NCBI GenBank assembly: GCA_973895155.1 | Contig: OZ316896.1 | Location: 8,887,539 to 8,951,538 of the forward strand | Source of the DNA: Marsupella aquatica | Lineage: Eukaryota; Plantae; Marchantiophyta | Reading direction: 5' to 3' | Length of the DNA stretch: 64,000 nucleotides | In this document: one piece after another, positions 60,130 through 64,000 of the stretch | Layout: every line of letters begins with the position of its first letter | Numbering within the stretch: position 1 is the first letter of the stretch | The notes under the pieces: model-generated | The model's input: only the letters and a program-made list of their open reading frames with translations | Told to the model about the DNA's origin: nothing | Databases searched by the model: none | Made by a program: the position numbers and the translations under genes

Positions 60130-63100
60130 GGAGTTACTACGTTTAATTAAGCTGCTATGGACCGAAGACAGACTTGCCCTGTAACGGGTCACTCGTCAAC
60201 GCATGAATGCGAGGAGTAGTGTACATCGATTATGACAAAGAGGGGTCATGTTCGTTAACATCGTTTAACAACTTGGAGAAGGACGAACTGTATTTGCAGG
60301 AATTCGTGCCATCGGGACAGTGACATAGTGACCATCCGTTATACACAAATATTCGATGAGCCTTCAGCATTGGGCCCATTAGTTCCATTTGACCAAGCGT
60401 ACACACTGCACTACACACCGTGGTGAGATTGGCAGAGAGAGAGAGAGGTCATAAGGGTGAAAAGGATCCCAAACAAGAGGAACAAGGATTTTTCCATTTT
60501 GGCATTTATTTGTGACGTTCTTCTGTCAATTCGTTTATCTTGACGAATAGACGAATTGTTTACTATCTAAGTCTACACAATCCATCTTGACGGGCATATA
60601 TTTCTCGCTCCAAAATCCGGCCTTCAGATTCATGTAAACTTACTTCAGACTTAAGTCGTACTTGTGTCCTTCATCGGGGAGAAGTATGGTGACTTAACTT
60701 GACAATATGTAGTGCAAATTATTGTAGTTTTTAAGAAGTATTAATAAACATTTGTGGGTAACGTTGACGCTGTCAGGTGTTTCACAAATGTTCTGGACGT
60801 GCATGAAAGTTAACGACAAATTGTTTTCTGTTCTTCAAAACAAGTCGTTTAGTTGATGGGCACCCTCTAAAATGATAGTGTGGACAGTTGATGAATCCAC
60901 GAAACGTAATCGAAGACGTGAAGAGGCTAGACAGAGTTGAATACTTCGAAATATGTCTTTAGTCGATGTCCTGTGAATTGGTAGTCTGGTTGATGAATCC
61001 ACGAATGCAATCGTTGATATAGGAAAGGCTGGCTCGTGACTTGGCACAGCACATGCGATAATTTCACAGGCTAGGGAATGATTTCCCGAGGCTGAGCCTC
61101 AATCGTAGACTTCTAACTAAATTTGTCCAAAGCAGTTCATGACTTCCCCGCAATTTAGGCCAAGCTCAAGTCTGCAAGTTGCTCAATGTTTTTCGTGCTT
61201 CCATTGTTACTGAAGCTTTTCAAAGACTGAACGACCAAATCTACTCAGAACTTGTGAGAGCCATTAAAAAGCCACAGATAGTCAAAAATCCGCATGATCT
61301 CGTGACTATGGCGACATCCCGGGCAAGTTTTGACCCAAAATCAAGCTCAAATCTGGACCGTGCCAAATGTTTAGCGTGCTTACATTGTTAATGAAGCTTT
61401 TCAAATTTTGAACGACCACATCTACTCAGAATTGATGAGAGTCATTAATCCAGACACACTCAAGAATCTCTTGACCATATTACAGTATTGTTCTCGATAC
61501 ATGGTCTGCAGCTGATCGAGTTGGTAGTAAGTCATACAAACTTTTAGTAACGAAGGCAAGAGCCTAGCCACCAAGAGTTGCTGCTCACTTGCCGTAGGTT
61601 TCAAGTAGGGATTGGTTGGTGGATGAATGTGGTTTAATGATTAGCACAGGCTAGCAAGGAGCACCAGACTCCTAATTTTTGCTAATTCCTACCGTTGTGC
61701 TGTGTCGATGTCAGCTTTGTTGTGTCACATAAATTATCCAGATTAGCTCATCAACTCGAAGGGATGGATAACATTGTTGCAAAAACCAGAGGAGATCCAT
61801 GTTGTTGGGTAAATTGTACACCGGAATTAACTAAAGTTGGAAACTCTGTGAGAATCCAAAGTTGCTGTAGTACGTTAGGTAGGCACCACTCACTAATATC
61901 TATCCCTCCATCCATCCAGATTTCAACTAGAAGGGGATCGAATCCTAAGTAAGTCACTAAGTTTGTCCTCGCAAATTACACTATCCTGGTCACTGCAAAG
62001 TAGCCTAATCAACATGATTCGGGCAGGGCGAATGTGCATCGGATTTCAGGCCCTTTTATAGGGAATCTTCATGTTTCTTCATGATTCACATAATCAATTC
62101 ATAGTTTTTGCATGTGTGAGATGAATCTTTAAACGGCTAAACCTCAGACAGTGTTCTGCTGATTCAAATGGGAGAGTTGGAATTTCCACTAGGGCTCCAA
62201 TCAATTGTGAGACACTATGGTAGGGTTTTTTTTAGGTTGCATCAATTGCATAAAAAATCCAATGAGAAGGAACATTAAGGCATACAAATAGGGCAATGAT
62301 TCATTTAATCTTCAATATTTCATTTGTCCGAGTATTTTAGGTTTTGGTAGGGCTCTCTATCTACTCAGTTGGGCAGTTCTTCTCCTTTTCGGCACCAATA
62401 TAAGTACAAGGTACACAAACTAATTTATTTATTGAGTGAACTTGGCCTCCCTCACTAGGGTCTACTACTGGTTTTACGCTTACAGTACACTAAGGAGCCA
62501 AGAAGTGGTGGCCAATCAGTCTATCTCCATCCAAAGCAACTTGGAGGGCCAGTTGCACACACTAAAGTTAACATGCCCAAGCCAAATATATCAGGTCTGG
62601 CGATAATAAATGCAAAGACCCCAATAGAAGTGACTGTTTGCCTGTTTGGTCCGTTCTTTTAGCCACCTCAAGAGGAGATCCAAATTTTTCACAAAAAACA
62701 TGCACACATGCGCAAACAAAGGGACCCACAAGGGGCCCACGTAAAGATGACTAGAATCCCTAATGGTTCTGCCTGATTTTGATTGCCTGTTTACAATCTC
62801 ACACGTAGGAACAAAGAACTGTAACCGTCTAGATGTTTTAAAGTTACACTTAGTGGGATTGGAGGTACTCTACTGATGCGGGGAAGCCCTAATAAAAAGT
62901 ACTCAGTAGGGTTGAGCTACCTTTCATCGCCAATTGTGTGAATGTGTTTATCTGACCAATCCAATGGAAAGTTAGTTTGGAGCTTGCAAGGAGTGGTGTC
63001 GAGGGTGTCAAGAATACCCATCTTACCATTTCTATGAGATATTGAAAATGCTCTTTCCTAGAGTAAGGAAAGAGGAATTGTCCGACAGGAGAAGAATTGA

Positions 63101-63596
63101 AGGTCGATAGAAATCCGGTTTTGCAGACATTTGTCTATTTGAATGGCGATTTTTGCCTCTCTTGCCAGTGCTGTTAAGTATTCAAATGTTCTCTGAGCGA
63201 GGGGAAGGAGGAATTGCCCGTGCTCAAGGAGGATGAGACGACATGAACGTCGATGGAGCTCCACTTTCTTCGTGAAATGGTCCATTGGAATGGCGATAAT
63301 TTGTAGCTTAATGGCTCTATGAATTATTCAGATGTACTGTCGTAGAGTTGACAAAGAAGAACTTCCCGGGAGAGAGGAGGATGAGACGAACTGAAGGTCG
63401 ATAGGGGTTCCATTTTCTTCGTCGAATGGCAATATTCGTACGTCAAAGTCAGGCGTCTTGAGGGTGCCAAGAAATGCCTCTCTTAGCACTGCTATGAAAT
63501 GTTCAAATGTACTCTCGCAGAGGAAGGAAGGAGCAAATGCCCGTGAGTTAGAAGGATGAGACGACTCGCGGGGTGGTGCTTCAGACTGGAGGAGAA

Positions 63597-63938
63597 ATGG
63601 CTGGGGACGATTGGCTGGCGATCGACAAACTGCAGCATTTCCTGGCGTGCCTTTTTATTACAAACTTCGTTGCCTACATCGCCGGTAGGTTCGGAGGAAG
63701 GCGATTCCAAAGGTGGCGTGTTCACCTTGGAGCTCTTTCAGCCCTCCTAGCGGGGGCGGCTAAGGAAGCAGGAGATGCGACGGGGCTGTTGTGGACATCT
63801 GCAGGGCCATCTTTGCGGGACGGAGTGGCGGATATAGCAGGGGTGGTTGCTGGAGTCTTTCTAGAATTTTATGTGTTCACTCAACGACGTCGTGTGTTGG
63901 AGGAGCGACCAGAGAAAGAGTTTGGAGAAGAAGTTTAA
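63597..63938 (+). CDS. Small membrane protein, YfiM/DUF2279 (VanZ-like) type, single exon, ~113 aa
   Basis: MAGDDWLAIDKLQHFLAC...GAAKEAGD..LWTSAGPSLRDGVADIAG matches the DxW..DKxxH / GxxKExxD / SxxDxxADxxG pattern. Confidence 0.75.
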   Translation: MAGDDWLAIDKLQHFLACLFITNFVAYIAGRFGGRRFQRWRVHLGALSALLAGAAKEAGDATGLLWTSAGPSLRDGVADIAGVVAGVFLEFYVFTQRRRVLEERPEKEFGEEV

Positions 63939-64000
63939 AACTTGGCGACACATGGACATGTCTTTCAACTCCAGGTGATGTGGGGGACGATCGCTTCGTT

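Noticed and set aside
60887-61010. TGATGA-containing repeats as a snoRNA cluster
   Set aside because: No properly placed CTGA D boxes or terminal stems.

Overview
Eukaryotic land-plant genomic DNA: short GT-AG introns and plant-type genes, probably a bryophyte such as a liverwort (inference, not proven). The first ~42 kb is a nested transposon field: Copia remnant, a Helitron, a LINE with a MITE inside it, and LTR remnants. The main object is a ~19.3-kb element (19791-39099) bounded by imperfect 21-22-bp TIRs and CATTG/CAATG-rich subterminal regions. It encodes a 7-exon Plavaka-type (CACTA/EnSpm-related) DDE transposase at its left end and a divergently transcribed 9-exon ~500-codon gene of unknown function at its right end. 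Between them lie ~10 kb of captured host gene fragments (RID3/IPI3 WD40 exon 1, U2AF35 5' end, intron-containing casein kinase I pieces). Both element genes carry a disabling lesion. The last ~20 kb is gene-rich: SUMO E2 (SCE1/UBC9), a conserved uncharacterised protein, a sphingolipid fatty-acid 2-hydroxylase that carries an N-terminal cytochrome b5 domain, and a small YfiM/DUF2279-like membrane protein. All family calls come from motif recognition by eye; no searches were run.
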